Shown here: one piece after another, positions 9,005 to 18,073 of the stretch | How the letters are laid out: every line of letters starts with the position of its first letter | How positions within the stretch are numbered: the stretch's first letter is position 1 | Origin: an uncultured cyanobacterium | GTDB lineage: Bacteria; Cyanobacteriota; Cyanobacteriia; CAKZMO01 | Assembly (NCBI GenBank): GCA_963719515.1 | Contig: CAVRCJ010000010.1 | Coordinates: 768,001 to 832,000 of the forward strand | Reading direction: 5' to 3' | DNA: 64,000 nt | The notes under the pieces: model-generated | What the model was told of the DNA's origin: nothing | What the model saw: only the letters and a program-made list of their open reading frames with translations | The model's database searches: none | Translations under genes and position numbers: made by a program

Positions 9005-10306
9005 TCACGTGAATACTCCCGACGTTCTTCCTGCGGAAGCGCTTTGCGAACATCCTACGGATAGAGCGCGGGCTTCATCGGTCACCCGATGAGTTTCCTG
9101 CTTCTGGGCCAGTTGGCTAGATATGGCTTCCCACATCCCCGCTACCTCGACTCCACAGGCAATTTGAATACCCGAAATTCCACGGGCGTTGATGACTTGA
9201 GCAGCGGCAATATCTCTCGGCTTGAGCGACCCACATTCATGACACCGATGAACGCGATCGCCCAACGATTTTTTGACCACAGCGCCGCAGTCTGGGCACT
9301 CCTGAGAAGTACCATAAGCGTCAACCTTGCCGTAATAGACGCCGCGCTTGAAGCACACCCACGGCAAGACCTGGTTTATGAACTGCCCCAAGCCAGCATC
9401 AAGAGTGTGTTTACCCAGCATCCCTTTCGCCATGATGCGAAAGTCAAGGTCTTCTACGAAGATGATCTGGGCCTGGTCACACAGCTTGTGGGCCAGCTTG
9501 AATTGCCAGTCAAGGCGGCAAGCTGCTATCTGCTCATGTACCCGTCCAATTCTTCCAATCAGCTTGGCGCGGTTATTCGAGCGCCGCTGCTTATTCTTCA
9601 GTCTGCGTTGCAGCAATTTAAGCTTGCGTTGCAGCTCACCAAAAAAGCGCGGGCGCTCTACCTGCAAGCCGTTGGAAGTGGACAGGAAATACTCGAGCCC
9701 GACGTCAATGCCGATGCTATGCCCAGCGGGAACGACATCAGGCACATTGACATCGGCTTGAATGCATAGGGTAGCGTACCACCCTGAATGCTTTTTGATT
9801 ATGCGCACCGTCTTTACTTTGAATCCATCAGGGATAGGGCGGTGCAGAACGATGCCCATCGTGCCCAGCTTAGGCAACTTGATTTGGCTACCCGTCACCG
9901 GGTTTTCCTTGAACTGCGGAAAGAGGAACGAGCGGTACTGCCCAAACTTCTTGAAGCGCGGGAAACCGTGGCCTCTCTCCTTCCTCGCAGCAAATGCTGC
10001 CTCTACCCTGCGAATAGGCTCTTGAAGCACCTGAGACTGCACGTCCTTCAGGTGAGGAAATATCTTCTTAGCCGCAGTCAGCGCATTTTGCTGTTTGTAG
10101 TAGTCAGGATATGGCGCGTCCGCCGCAATGATGTACTCCGATTGAAGCGAGCAGGCATTAGCCGCACAGCTTCTCGACTTTATCCAATCCTTGCGTTTGC
10201 GCAGCGCATAGTTGTAGACGCCACGACAGGTCTCAAGCCAACAGACCATACGGGCTTCCTGCTCAACAGACGGATAAATTCTGTAGGAGTAGTTCAAGGT
10301 CAACAC
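9005..10306 (-). CDS. tnpB: RNA-guided endonuclease TnpB (IS200/IS605 family)
   Basis: 433 aa with N-terminal YRIYP, RuvC-I GIDVG, RuvC-II VEDL, zinc finger CPDC/CHEC and RuvC-III RDIAAA. The D-E-D triad is intact. Confidence 0.95.
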   Translation of the reverse strand: MLTLNYSYRIYPSVEQEARMVCWLETCRGVYNYALRKRKDWIKSRSCAANACSLQSEYIIAADAPYPDYYKQQNALTAAKKIFPHLKDVQSQVLQEPIRRVEAAFAARKERGHGFPRFKKFGQYRSFLFPQFKENPVTGSQIKLPKLGTMGIVLHRPIPDGFKVKTVRIIKKHSGWYATLCIQADVNVPDVVPAGHSIGIDVGLEYFLSTSNGLQVERPRFFGELQRKLKLLQRRLKNKQRRSNNRAKLIGRIGRVHEQIAACRLDWQFKLAHKLCDQAQIIFVEDLDFRIMAKGMLGKHTLDAGLGQFINQVLPWVCFKRGVYYGKVDAYGTSQECPDCGAVVKKSLGDRVHRCHECGSLKPRDIAAAQVINARGISGIQIACGVEVAGMWEAISSQLAQKQETHRVTDEARALSVGCSQSASAGRTSGVFT

Positions 10307-10427
10307 ACTTCGATTATAGCATCCTTAAGGAGTAGTGCGCCGCTCCTTAATTGTTCGCCTGAGGCTCACGCGCTTTTCATCCCGACGCTGATGCTGCGCA
10401 TACAGCGCGGGACTTCCCGTCTAATAG
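9009..10427 (-). mobile_element. Non-autonomous, TnpB-only IS200/IS605 element (IS1341-like)
   Basis: Left-end hairpin (minus strand TAGACGGGAAGTCCCGCGCTGTATGCGCAGCATCAGCGTCGGGA) preceded by TTTAA-N4. The right-end hairpin GAAGCCCGCGCT...CGTCGGGAG ends in TTCAC at 9013-9009. No tnpA is present. The left boundary is uncertain by a few nt. Confidence 0.85.
10313..10321 (-). promoter_or_regulatory. Extended -10 promoter of tnpB
   Basis: TGCTATAAT on the minus strand, ending 6 nt before the GTG start. Confidence 0.7.
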
Positions 10428-10564
10428 TTAAAGTCCATATGCGGCGCTAATTGAATGTGATGGCCGATTACTCTTCAACCGTCTCCATCAGTTTCATCAA
10501 CATCTCAAAAGGGCAGACGCGCTTTGACGGCTGCGGTGACAAAAACGAACGCAATTGGCCTCGT

Positions 10565-10795
10565 CTAGGTGCAACCTATCGCTGCAGCGGGGCGATCGCT
10601 CAGGGCCTCCGCGAGAGTCAGGGCTTCTTGATAGCAGCAGGATGCATTCTGGACTTGACCCAAATTCCAATAGCAATTCCCCAGAAGCTGGAACATCTGC
10701 TGCTCACCCCAAAAATCTCCGAGCACGGTCCACAGCGATAGCGCTGATTCTAGGTAGGGCTCTGACATCGCTATCAGTTTTTTGCATAAGATCAC
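10565..10795 (-). pseudogene. Fragment of a TPR-repeat protein
   Basis: 76-aa ORF with one TPR-like segment (LLGNCYWNLGQVQNASCCYQEALTLAEAL) and no further context. Confidence 0.4.
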
Positions 10796-10818
10796 TGCTG
10801 ACCTACTGCAATGGGAAG

Positions 10819-10873
10819 TGGAAGATAGGAGATTCTTTGGCGTAGCCTTTCCGTAAGGAAATACTCCTGACCT
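10819..10873 (-). repeat. Degenerate copy of the tRNA-Ala 3' end with a hairpin insertion in the T-loop
   Basis: TGGAAGATAGGAGATTC-[27 nt]-ACTCCTGACCT compared with the tRNA sequence TGGAGAATAGGAGATTC-GA-ACTCCTGACCT (plus strand). Confidence 0.8.
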
Positions 10874-10887
10874 GGTATGGTGCGGGA

Positions 10888-10960
10888 TGGAGAATAGGAG
10901 ATTCGAACTCCTGACCTCTGCGGTGCGATCGCAGCACTCTACCAGCTGAGCTAATTCCCC
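10888..10960 (-). tRNA. trnA: tRNA-Ala (anticodon CGC)
   Basis: GGGGAATTAGCTCAGCTGGTAGAGTGCTGCGATCGCACCGCAGAGGTCAGGAGTTCGAATCTCCTATTCTCCA: 73 nt, cloverleaf, G3-U70 pair, anticodon arm CTGCG-ATCGCAC-CGCAG. Confidence 0.97.
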
Positions 10961-11200
10961 ACGCTATACAGGCGATCTTACCGCAGTCTCTGCGATGCGA
11001 CCGACCTTCGGTAACCCTTCGGGAACGCAGCACTCTACCAGCTGAGCTAATTCCCCACGCTATACAGGCGATCTTACCGCAGTCTCTGCGATGCGACCGA
11101 CCTTCGGTAACCCTTCGGGAACGCAGCACTCTACCAGCTGAGCTAATTCCCCATGCTATACAAGCGATCTTACCGCAGTCTCTGCGATGCGACCGACCTT
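10930..11200 (-). repeat. Tandem repeat with 96-bp period: three 79-bp units (tRNA leader plus first 31 nt of tRNA) and two identical 17-bp linkers
   Basis: Units at 10930-11008, 11026-11104 and 11122-11200; the last differs at 2 positions. Linker CGGTAACCCTTCGGGAA at 11009-11025 and 11105-11121. Confidence 0.97.
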
Positions 11201-11230
11201 TGACTAGCCCCTTATTAACGGATTCGACGT

Positions 11231-13132
11231 CTAAGGCTGGTTCTTCGAGGCTCCTCGCCGCCGAAGCTTGAAAAACCCCAAAGACAAAAAGCTAGGCGGA
11301 AACACCATCAGCAGCGGCAGACTCTTCGACAAATTTTCAAAAGTCGAGGCATAGCGCTGCTGGTACTTAGGCTTGCGGGGCTTCGCCAGAGTTGAGGCCA
11401 CCACCTGCTCAAAGGGCACCGCCCCCATGCGCAGCCAGGTTTTCAAGCTGGGCGGCAAATCCTGCACTAGCCGCGTCCGAACGCTATTCGTAGACCAAGA
11501 CTGCACATAGCCTGCAGAGAGAAATGGGCTGTAGAGGTCTGCTTCCGAGGTTTGCTGTTTGATAAACGAAAGGCTGAGACTGCGCACTAGGTTTCGCAGC
11601 GGCTCGGTCTCGCTCCAGCGTCGCTCCCTCAAAAAGCTGCTTTGGGCGAGAGCGTGGTTGAGGTTGCGGGGGTCACCCATGCTCAGGTGGGTCGCGCCAA
11701 TTGCAGTGACCAAATAGCGAGACTCAGACTGCAGCATTGTATAGGGCAGCAGCTGCTGAGAGACGGCGGGGGTAACGGGGTCTTCGCTCGCCGATAGCAC
11801 CAGCGTTGGTACTTTGACCTTCGCCAGCCCACTCTCCCCGAAGATGCGGCCCATCAGAGGGTTGAGGGCAATCACTTGGGTAATCCGCTCGTCGTAGACG
11901 GCAGGAATATCCTTGGGCAAATCCAACGCGCTGCACTGCAGCCAATCCCCTGGGGAGAGGCCCAGGAGACTGCGGCCCTGACAAAACTCAGTAAGGCCCT
12001 CTAAGTCTAGGGTGGCGCCAGCCAGGGCTAAGGCCGTGTAGCCCCCCAAGGAATGGCCAATGACCGTCACCTGCTCCGTATTAATTTGACGGTGTAGCAG
12101 CGTGGAGTATTTATTGAGCCGCGTCAGTTCGTCTAGTAGAAAGCTAACGTCTCGCGGGCGCTCTACAAATTCTTGCACCGGCAGCAGGTCATTCAAACCC
12201 CCTTCACCCAGATCCCCGACAGCTACACGAGAAAGCCAGGTAATGCTGCTGCCAGGGTGCTCCAGCGCCGCCACCGTCAGCCCGTGGGAAGCCAAATGCT
12301 GAGCCAAGTAGCTGAGAAATCGGCGGTCAGCCCCAAAGCCGTGGGAGATAATCACCAAAGGACCGTTGCGTTGACGACTCCAATACAGATCCACCGGGAT
12401 GGAGCGACTCCGATCGCGATCGCGAAAGGTGAGGGACTGCTGTCGTACTTGGGCGTACCCGGCTTCGGAAGGGTCGAAAGGAATAGCTAGAGCGGGGGCC
12501 TCCACCGTCAGCTCTTTTTCTAGTAACCCATTGAGGGCATGGCTTTGCCAGTGGGGGATATTGAGCTGCGACGCTAGGGCGATCGCCGCCGTGACGCTCA
12601 CGGTGACGTCGCGCTCGGGGTAGGTCTTGAGAAGCGTCAGTAAATTGAGCCCCTGCGTGTGAGTGATCGTTTGGTGAAACGCCGACTCGATTTCCTCGGG
12701 AGTACTATCGGGCAGCGCCATCAGCAGCCCCTCCATGAGCTGCTGCCCTGAAGCAGAATTGAGGAGGTCTTCTGTGAGAGTTTCGCTAGCGCTGGGGTTG
12801 AGGAGTACCGAGGAGGTAAGGGCGAGGCGCAGGCTCTCGGTGAGCAAGGGGCGATAGAGCATCAAGGAGGGAGAGACGGTGCCGCTGTAGGCGAACTTCT
12901 CCAGGTCAGCAACGTTCACCGACTGCTCAACTGGCCCTAAGCGAAGGTGAAGCCGCTCGGCTGCGATCGCCGGAGAAGATCCTGCGAAGCTACCGATAGC
13001 GGCGACAGCTAGTCCCCAGGCGATCGCAGGGGGGCAGCGGGCGGCGTTAAATTGAGCGCAGGCCCGAGCCCAGTGGCCTCGGACAAACGGGGCAAAATCA
13101 AAAGAGGTCGATGGCACGGCAATAGGCTGCAT
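11231..13132 (-). CDS. DUF1400 plus alpha/beta hydrolase
   Basis: N-terminal AAERLHLRLGP-type domain, ISHGFG, HPGS, nucleophile elbow GHSLGG and GATH. Confidence 0.88.
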   Translation of the reverse strand: MQPIAVPSTSFDFAPFVRGHWARACAQFNAARCPPAIAWGLAVAAIGSFAGSSPAIAAERLHLRLGPVEQSVNVADLEKFAYSGTVSPSLMLYRPLLTESLRLALTSSVLLNPSASETLTEDLLNSASGQQLMEGLLMALPDSTPEEIESAFHQTITHTQGLNLLTLLKTYPERDVTVSVTAAIALASQLNIPHWQSHALNGLLEKELTVEAPALAIPFDPSEAGYAQVRQQSLTFRDRDRSRSIPVDLYWSRQRNGPLVIISHGFGADRRFLSYLAQHLASHGLTVAALEHPGSSITWLSRVAVGDLGEGGLNDLLPVQEFVERPRDVSFLLDELTRLNKYSTLLHRQINTEQVTVIGHSLGGYTALALAGATLDLEGLTEFCQGRSLLGLSPGDWLQCSALDLPKDIPAVYDERITQVIALNPLMGRIFGESGLAKVKVPTLVLSASEDPVTPAVSQQLLPYTMLQSESRYLVTAIGATHLSMGDPRNLNHALAQSSFLRERRWSETEPLRNLVRSLSLSFIKQQTSEADLYSPFLSAGYVQSWSTNSVRTRLVQDLPPSLKTWLRMGAVPFEQVVASTLAKPRKPKYQQRYASTFENLSKSLPLLMVFPPSFLSLGFFKLRRRGASKNQP

Positions 13133-13428
13133 CAGCTAGAAGGCTGGCTGAGGGCATTTTGTGACAAAGTCCGGCTCAGCTCAGGGGGGTTACGGCAACC
13201 TCCACGTCTCTATTCATCCGCCGCACTTAGGCGTCAACGACTTTACCAAAACTAAAGATTTGAGACACCAAATTTTGAACGCTGGTAACAGCATCGATGA
13301 GGAGTCTTAAACGCCGCATCCCTTCCCCTAAGCTATCGCACCCGTTGAGGGAATTGAGCTTAGATGAAGACATCTAGACATTTGGCCTATGGCTCGTCCA
13401 CCGCCTTGAAAATTAAAGCGGGAGAGCC

Positions 13429-14268
13429 TTAAGGAGAGATTCGCCGGTAGCGGGCCTGAACCAGCATGTGAATCCCGTAAGCAAGCATGCCAAACGCGAT
13501 AATGCCCATTAACACAGCGCCAAAGGGTTGCTGCTGTATAGCCTGCATCGCTCCTGCCGTCGTCTTGGCCTGACTCGCATCAGACGAGCGCGCCGCTTGG
13601 GCGAAGAAGTATCCGACAATAACTGAAACGATTCCCTTGCAGATCAGACCGAACCGACCAATGCGGACAGCCCAGGTTTGTTCGGTCTGGCTCATCTCAG
13701 CAAGCTTGAGCTTTTTGCGAAACTTGATTTTGACGCCCCGATAGATACAGTAAAAGCCGTAGGCCGCCGCGCCGGCAGCGACCAGCCCGACTAGCCAGCG
13801 GCCAAAGGGCTGGGAAAGCAAGGTCGCAGTTTGCTCGCCAGACCCACCGCCAGACCCGCTGCCGCTAGAAGACGACCCGCCGCCAAACACAATGCGAAAT
13901 GCGGCGAAGGCCAAGCTGCCGTAGATGAGGCCGCTGACAGCGTAGGACAGGCGACGGACGATGTTTTTGGCACCGTCTTCGTCGTGCTCAGGGTCGTAAA
14001 TCGCGGCCACAAAACGCCAAACCACATAGCCTACCAGCCCGACTGCAACCAAAAAGAGAAGTATTTTCCCGAAGGGCTGATTGGCAATGGTCTGAAATGC
14101 GCCTTTCGAGCCGGTGACTTTACCACCCCAGTTAAAGGCGGCTTGAATAGCCAGTATTCCTACCAGGGCATAGATAACGCCCTTAGCTGCGTACCCGAAG
14201 CGAGCCAGAGCCTCGATCCATTCGGACGTGTCGTCAGGGCTAGCGGACCTAAATGATCGATTACTCAT
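13429..14268 (-). CDS. DUF1206 family membrane protein
   Basis: Three repeats of the ARFGYAAKG...QPFG type with paired TM helices. Confidence 0.85.
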   Translation of the reverse strand: MSNRSFRSASPDDTSEWIEALARFGYAAKGVIYALVGILAIQAAFNWGGKVTGSKGAFQTIANQPFGKILLFLVAVGLVGYVVWRFVAAIYDPEHDEDGAKNIVRRLSYAVSGLIYGSLAFAAFRIVFGGGSSSSGSGSGGGSGEQTATLLSQPFGRWLVGLVAAGAAAYGFYCIYRGVKIKFRKKLKLAEMSQTEQTWAVRIGRFGLICKGIVSVIVGYFFAQAARSSDASQAKTTAGAMQAIQQQPFGAVLMGIIAFGMLAYGIHMLVQARYRRISP

Positions 14269-14391
14269 GATTACCTTAAAGGGTGAATCCCTCACGGAAT
14301 TGAACATCCGGTGGGTTACGGGGGGTCACCCTATTTAAGATTTAGTTCCCGTAACTTTTCATCTATCCGTTGTTAGAAGGAGCAAATGTTC

Positions 14392-14811
14392 TTAGTCCTC
14401 GTCCTCATCTTCGTCCTCGTCTTCCTCACCCTCGACGCGATCGCGGTATTCATCCGCCGTCAGGCCGTCATCAAGTTCTGAGGGATCGGTGATCTTCACT
14501 TTCACCATCCATCCAGCTTCGTAGGCATCGTCAGACAAACGCTCTGGCGCTTCGATCAGAGCATCGTTGCGCTCTACAACGGCTCCGCTTACCGGTGAAA
14601 CCAGGTCTTCCACTGCTTTCACCGACTCTACCGTGCCAAAAGTCTCGCCCTTGCCGACGGCATCGCCCACCTCGGGAAGCTCTAAAAAAACGATATCCCC
14701 CAGCTCATCTATCGCAAAGGCGGAGATGCCCAGGGTGACCACGTCTCCCACAAGTTCTGCATATTCATGGGAGTCAAAATAGGTCAAGTGGTCAGGGTAG
14801 TCTAGGGCCAT
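14392..14811 (-). CDS. gcvH: Glycine cleavage system H protein
   Basis: SHEY, LGDIVFLELP and lipoyl-Lys motif VESVKA. Confidence 0.97.
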   Translation of the reverse strand: MALDYPDHLTYFDSHEYAELVGDVVTLGISAFAIDELGDIVFLELPEVGDAVGKGETFGTVESVKAVEDLVSPVSGAVVERNDALIEAPERLSDDAYEAGWMVKVKITDPSELDDGLTADEYRDRVEGEEDEDEDEDED

Positions 14812-14954
14812 GGTTTACCTCAAATCACCATCAACGAAAGGGTACGCGGAAATCACCTGTCACCCTCTACTCATAACTTCAAACTTGCCAGGACACAAGT
14901 GGAACGTAAACCGCTTCAATCTGGCTGCACCGGCTCTTGAGTCAAGCAACAGGG

Positions 14955-16031
14955 CTAGCGTCGCCGGTAAAAGGGCCGCTTCACAACCTTAGCGGGGTAA
15001 GCTGTGCCGCGAATATCCACCTCAAGGGTCTGTCCCGGCTTGGCCAGCGGCGTTTTTACGTAGGCCAAAGCCACTGGATAGCCCAGAGTGGGCGCGAGGG
15101 TGCCGCTCGTTATGGTACCCACCGAATCTCCCTGATGCTGCACGCCGTAGTCATGCCGCGCTATATTCCGGCCTTCCATCTGCAGCCCCACAAGCTTTCG
15201 CTCTAGCCCATAAACCTGTTGCTCTAGCACCGATCGCCCTATAAAGTCTCCTTTGCGCTCCAGGTGGACGAGCCAGCCCAAGCCTGCTTCTAGAGGGGTG
15301 GTCGTTTCGTCGATGTCTTGGCCGTAAAGCGCCATCGCCGCCTCTAGCCGCAGGGTGTCCCGCGCCCCGAGGCCACAGGGGCTGACGCCCGCCTCCATCA
15401 GCGATCGCCATAGGCCACTTGCCGCTTCCGGGGCCACCATAATCTCGAAGCCATCTTCTCCGGTATAGCCCGTCCGAGCGATAAAGGCGGGCTGTCCGCA
15501 CAGCGTAATTTCGGCATGCTGAAAGCGCCCTAGTTCAGAGAGGACATGGGCGGTCAGCGGCTGAAGCTTGCTTTCAGCTTCGGGCCCCTGGAGCGCTAGC
15601 AGCGCCTGCCCCGAAAGGTTTTCCACCTGCTGCTCGTCGCCGAGGTGCTGCTGTAGCCAGTCCAAATCTTTCGCGGTCGTGGCGGCGTTGGCGATAATTA
15701 TCGCCTGCTCTTGTCCCCTGTCGTCTGCCTGCCGGTAAATAATCAGATCGTCTAAGATACCTGCTGTCTCGTTGAGCAGTACGGTGTACTGAGCACCGCC
15801 GGGGGCTAGGTCGCTCAAGTCAGTAGGCACGAGGGTTTGGAGGGCAGCGAAAAGCTGGGAGCCCTGGAGGCGAAACGTTCCCATATGGGAAATGTCAAAC
15901 AGCCCGGCCCGCTGACGCACTGCTGCGTGCTCTGCGCGGATGCCCTCGAACTGAACGGGCATCTCCCAGCCTGCGAACGGCGTCAGCCGAGCTTGACGGT
16001 GGTAGAGAGAATGGAGAGGGGTATATTGCAT
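14955..16031 (-). CDS. gcvT: Glycine cleavage system aminomethyltransferase T
   Basis: TPL, FAGWEMPVQF, FDISHMG, RTGYTGEDGFE and GLGARDTLRLEA. Confidence 0.97.
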   Translation of the reverse strand: MQYTPLHSLYHRQARLTPFAGWEMPVQFEGIRAEHAAVRQRAGLFDISHMGTFRLQGSQLFAALQTLVPTDLSDLAPGGAQYTVLLNETAGILDDLIIYRQADDRGQEQAIIIANAATTAKDLDWLQQHLGDEQQVENLSGQALLALQGPEAESKLQPLTAHVLSELGRFQHAEITLCGQPAFIARTGYTGEDGFEIMVAPEAASGLWRSLMEAGVSPCGLGARDTLRLEAAMALYGQDIDETTTPLEAGLGWLVHLERKGDFIGRSVLEQQVYGLERKLVGLQMEGRNIARHDYGVQHQGDSVGTITSGTLAPTLGYPVALAYVKTPLAKPGQTLEVDIRGTAYPAKVVKRPFYRRR

Positions 16032-16219
16032 ATTGTGCTGATTTTTTGTGCCAATCTGAGCGGCCGATGGGCAGAGTTACTCGTGAGTGTCCATCCTAAA
16101 GGAACTTGAGGGGTGGATTTGCTACTGTATATTGAGCTACGATCGCGCATTGCTTGGGACGGGCCTTCGGTCTCCCAGCTGGGGCTTGCTATTTGAACGA
16201 GCAGAAAGGAATTCGGCCT

Positions 16220-18073
16220 GTGAACTATCGAATGCTGATATCAAGTGGACTGGGGATACTAGGGGCGCTTTTGATGTCGGCCCCGGCCCTAGCGGCGCGT
16301 CTGGAATTTTGGCGCTTTGATGTGTCAGAAAACCAGCTTACATTTACAACTGACGAAACCGTTCGGCCTCGGGCGCAGATGCTGCGAAATCCGACCCGAA
16401 TCTTAATTGACCTACCAGGAACCACCCTAGTCGATACGGAACGGCTGTCTCAGGCGGTGGGTAGCGCTGTGCGCAATGTCCGCGTCGATCAGCTCGACCC
16501 CCAGGTGACCCGGCTCACCATTGAGTACGGCGCAGGCTACCAGGTCGATCCACAACAGGTGCGGGTTCAGGGCGTAACGCCCACCCAGTGGCGGGTGAGA
16601 CTCCCTGAGGCTCAGCTCGTCGGCTCATCGTCCCCTCAGCCTCCGGCACGTCCTCCGGCATCGCGGCCTTCCGCCGTTCCCCCCGCGCCCCAACCCTCAC
16701 CCGTTGCCCAGCAGCCGACCCCACCTCCCGCCACCGGGGCCACCCAGATCACCGAGCTGGTGGTCACCCCCGACGGCTTTTTCCTACGCACTCAGGGGCC
16801 AGCGCCCGAAATCACGGCTCGGAAGCGCCGTCGCCGCCGTCGCCGCGATCGCCGCCGTCTGGTGTTCACGATTGAGAACGCTGCGCTCTCTCCAGAGCTG
16901 CTCGGCGAGCGGACCTTAGATCGCTACGGCGTCGAGACGATTGAATTTGAGCAGGACGACGAGACCCCGTCTAATGTGACAATGACCCTCAACTTTGAGG
17001 AGGACAATCAAACGTGGCGGGCCAGCGCTAGCAACCTAGGGGGCATCGTGCTGATTCCCACGAGGGGAGTAGACGGCCCGGCGGCCCCGATCACGCCCCC
17101 TGTGGCAGAGTCTACGGACCCCACGGTGGTATCGGGGCTACGGCTCGACAGCAGCGGACTTGCCGTTGTGGCCAACCGGCCCCTCCAAGGGGCGATCGCC
17201 GGATGGGAGCGCAGCAGCGTCGACTACCGCATTATCATCCCCGATGCCCGTCTCGACCCCAACGCGGTGACGCAGCTGCCGCCCAACCCTCTATTTGCCC
17301 GCGCTGAGCTGCAGCAGGATGGAAGCCAAGTGATTGTCTCCTTGTTGCCCGCTCTTGGTACCCAGCTCCAGACCATTCAGCCCGTCGACCAGGGTCTGCA
17401 GGTGGGCTTTGAGTCTTCTCGGGCCGTGGCGCTGCCGCCCAACTCTGGGGCACCCCCGACGTCTCAGCCGCTTCCCCCCTTGTCTCAGCCGCTTCCCCCT
17501 ATCTCGCTCCCCCAGATTCCCAATGGTCGCATCGTGGTTGTCATCGACCCTGGCCACGGTGGGTTCGACCCCGGAGCCGTCGGCATTGGAGGTTTGCAGG
17601 AGAAGAATATCGTCTTGCCGGTTTCCATTCAGGTGGCCCAAATTTTGGAACAGCAGGGCGTCAGCACTATCATGACGCGCCGGGACGACCGGGAGATTGA
17701 TTTAGAGCCACGGGTTCAAATTGCCGAGCGGGCCAATGCTACGCTATTTGTGAGCATTCACGCCAACGCGATTAGCCTGAGCCGCCCCGACGTCAACGGT
17801 ATCGAGACTTACTACACCTCTGGCGAAGGGCAGCGATTTGCCCAAGTGATTCACCGCAATCTTCTCCAGGCCACCGGGGGCCCTGACCGAGGAGTGCGTC
17901 AGGCGCGATTTTACGTTTTGCGCAACACCTCCATGCCAGCGGTGCTCGTTGAGACGGGGTTTGTCACCGGAGCGCAAGATGCCCCTCGGCTAGCCGACCC
18001 GGCCTATCAAACCCGCCTTGCCCAAGGAATCGCAAACGGCATTCTGCAATATATCCAACAAAATTTCCGATGA
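16220..18073 (+). CDS. amiC: N-acetylmuramoyl-L-alanine amidase with AMIN domains
   Basis: Signal peptide (ALA), NPTRILIDLPG AMIN motif, and C-terminal IDPGHGG / FVSIHAN / LVETGF. A GTG start after AAGGA was chosen. Confidence 0.92.
   Translation: MNYRMLISSGLGILGALLMSAPALAARLEFWRFDVSENQLTFTTDETVRPRAQMLRNPTRILIDLPGTTLVDTERLSQAVGSAVRNVRVDQLDPQVTRLTIEYGAGYQVDPQQVRVQGVTPTQWRVRLPEAQLVGSSSPQPPARPPASRPSAVPPAPQPSPVAQQPTPPPATGATQITELVVTPDGFFLRTQGPAPEITARKRRRRRRRDRRRLVFTIENAALSPELLGERTLDRYGVETIEFEQDDETPSNVTMTLNFEEDNQTWRASASNLGGIVLIPTRGVDGPAAPITPPVAESTDPTVVSGLRLDSSGLAVVANRPLQGAIAGWERSSVDYRIIIPDARLDPNAVTQLPPNPLFARAELQQDGSQVIVSLLPALGTQLQTIQPVDQGLQVGFESSRAVALPPNSGAPPTSQPLPPLSQPLPPISLPQIPNGRIVVVIDPGHGGFDPGAVGIGGLQEKNIVLPVSIQVAQILEQQGVSTIMTRRDDREIDLEPRVQIAERANATLFVSIHANAISLSRPDVNGIETYYTSGEGQRFAQVIHRNLLQATGGPDRGVRQARFYVLRNTSMPAVLVETGFVTGAQDAPRLADPAYQTRLAQGIANGILQYIQQNFR

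Noticed and set aside
10307..10800. tnpA partner for tnpB
   Set aside because: No HUH/Y1 motif ORF is present, and the left-end hairpin lies within ~120 bp of the tnpB start.
10803..11129. 108-aa repetitive ORF
   Set aside because: It is a by-product of the 96-bp repeat and overlaps the tRNA.
10930..11200. Possible CRISPR array
   Set aside because: The linkers are identical rather than variable spacers, the units are tRNA-derived, and no cas genes are present in the window.
16032..16219. Glycine riboswitch upstream of gcvT
   Set aside because: No aptamer consensus is recognisable; this is a short divergent promoter region shared with amiC.
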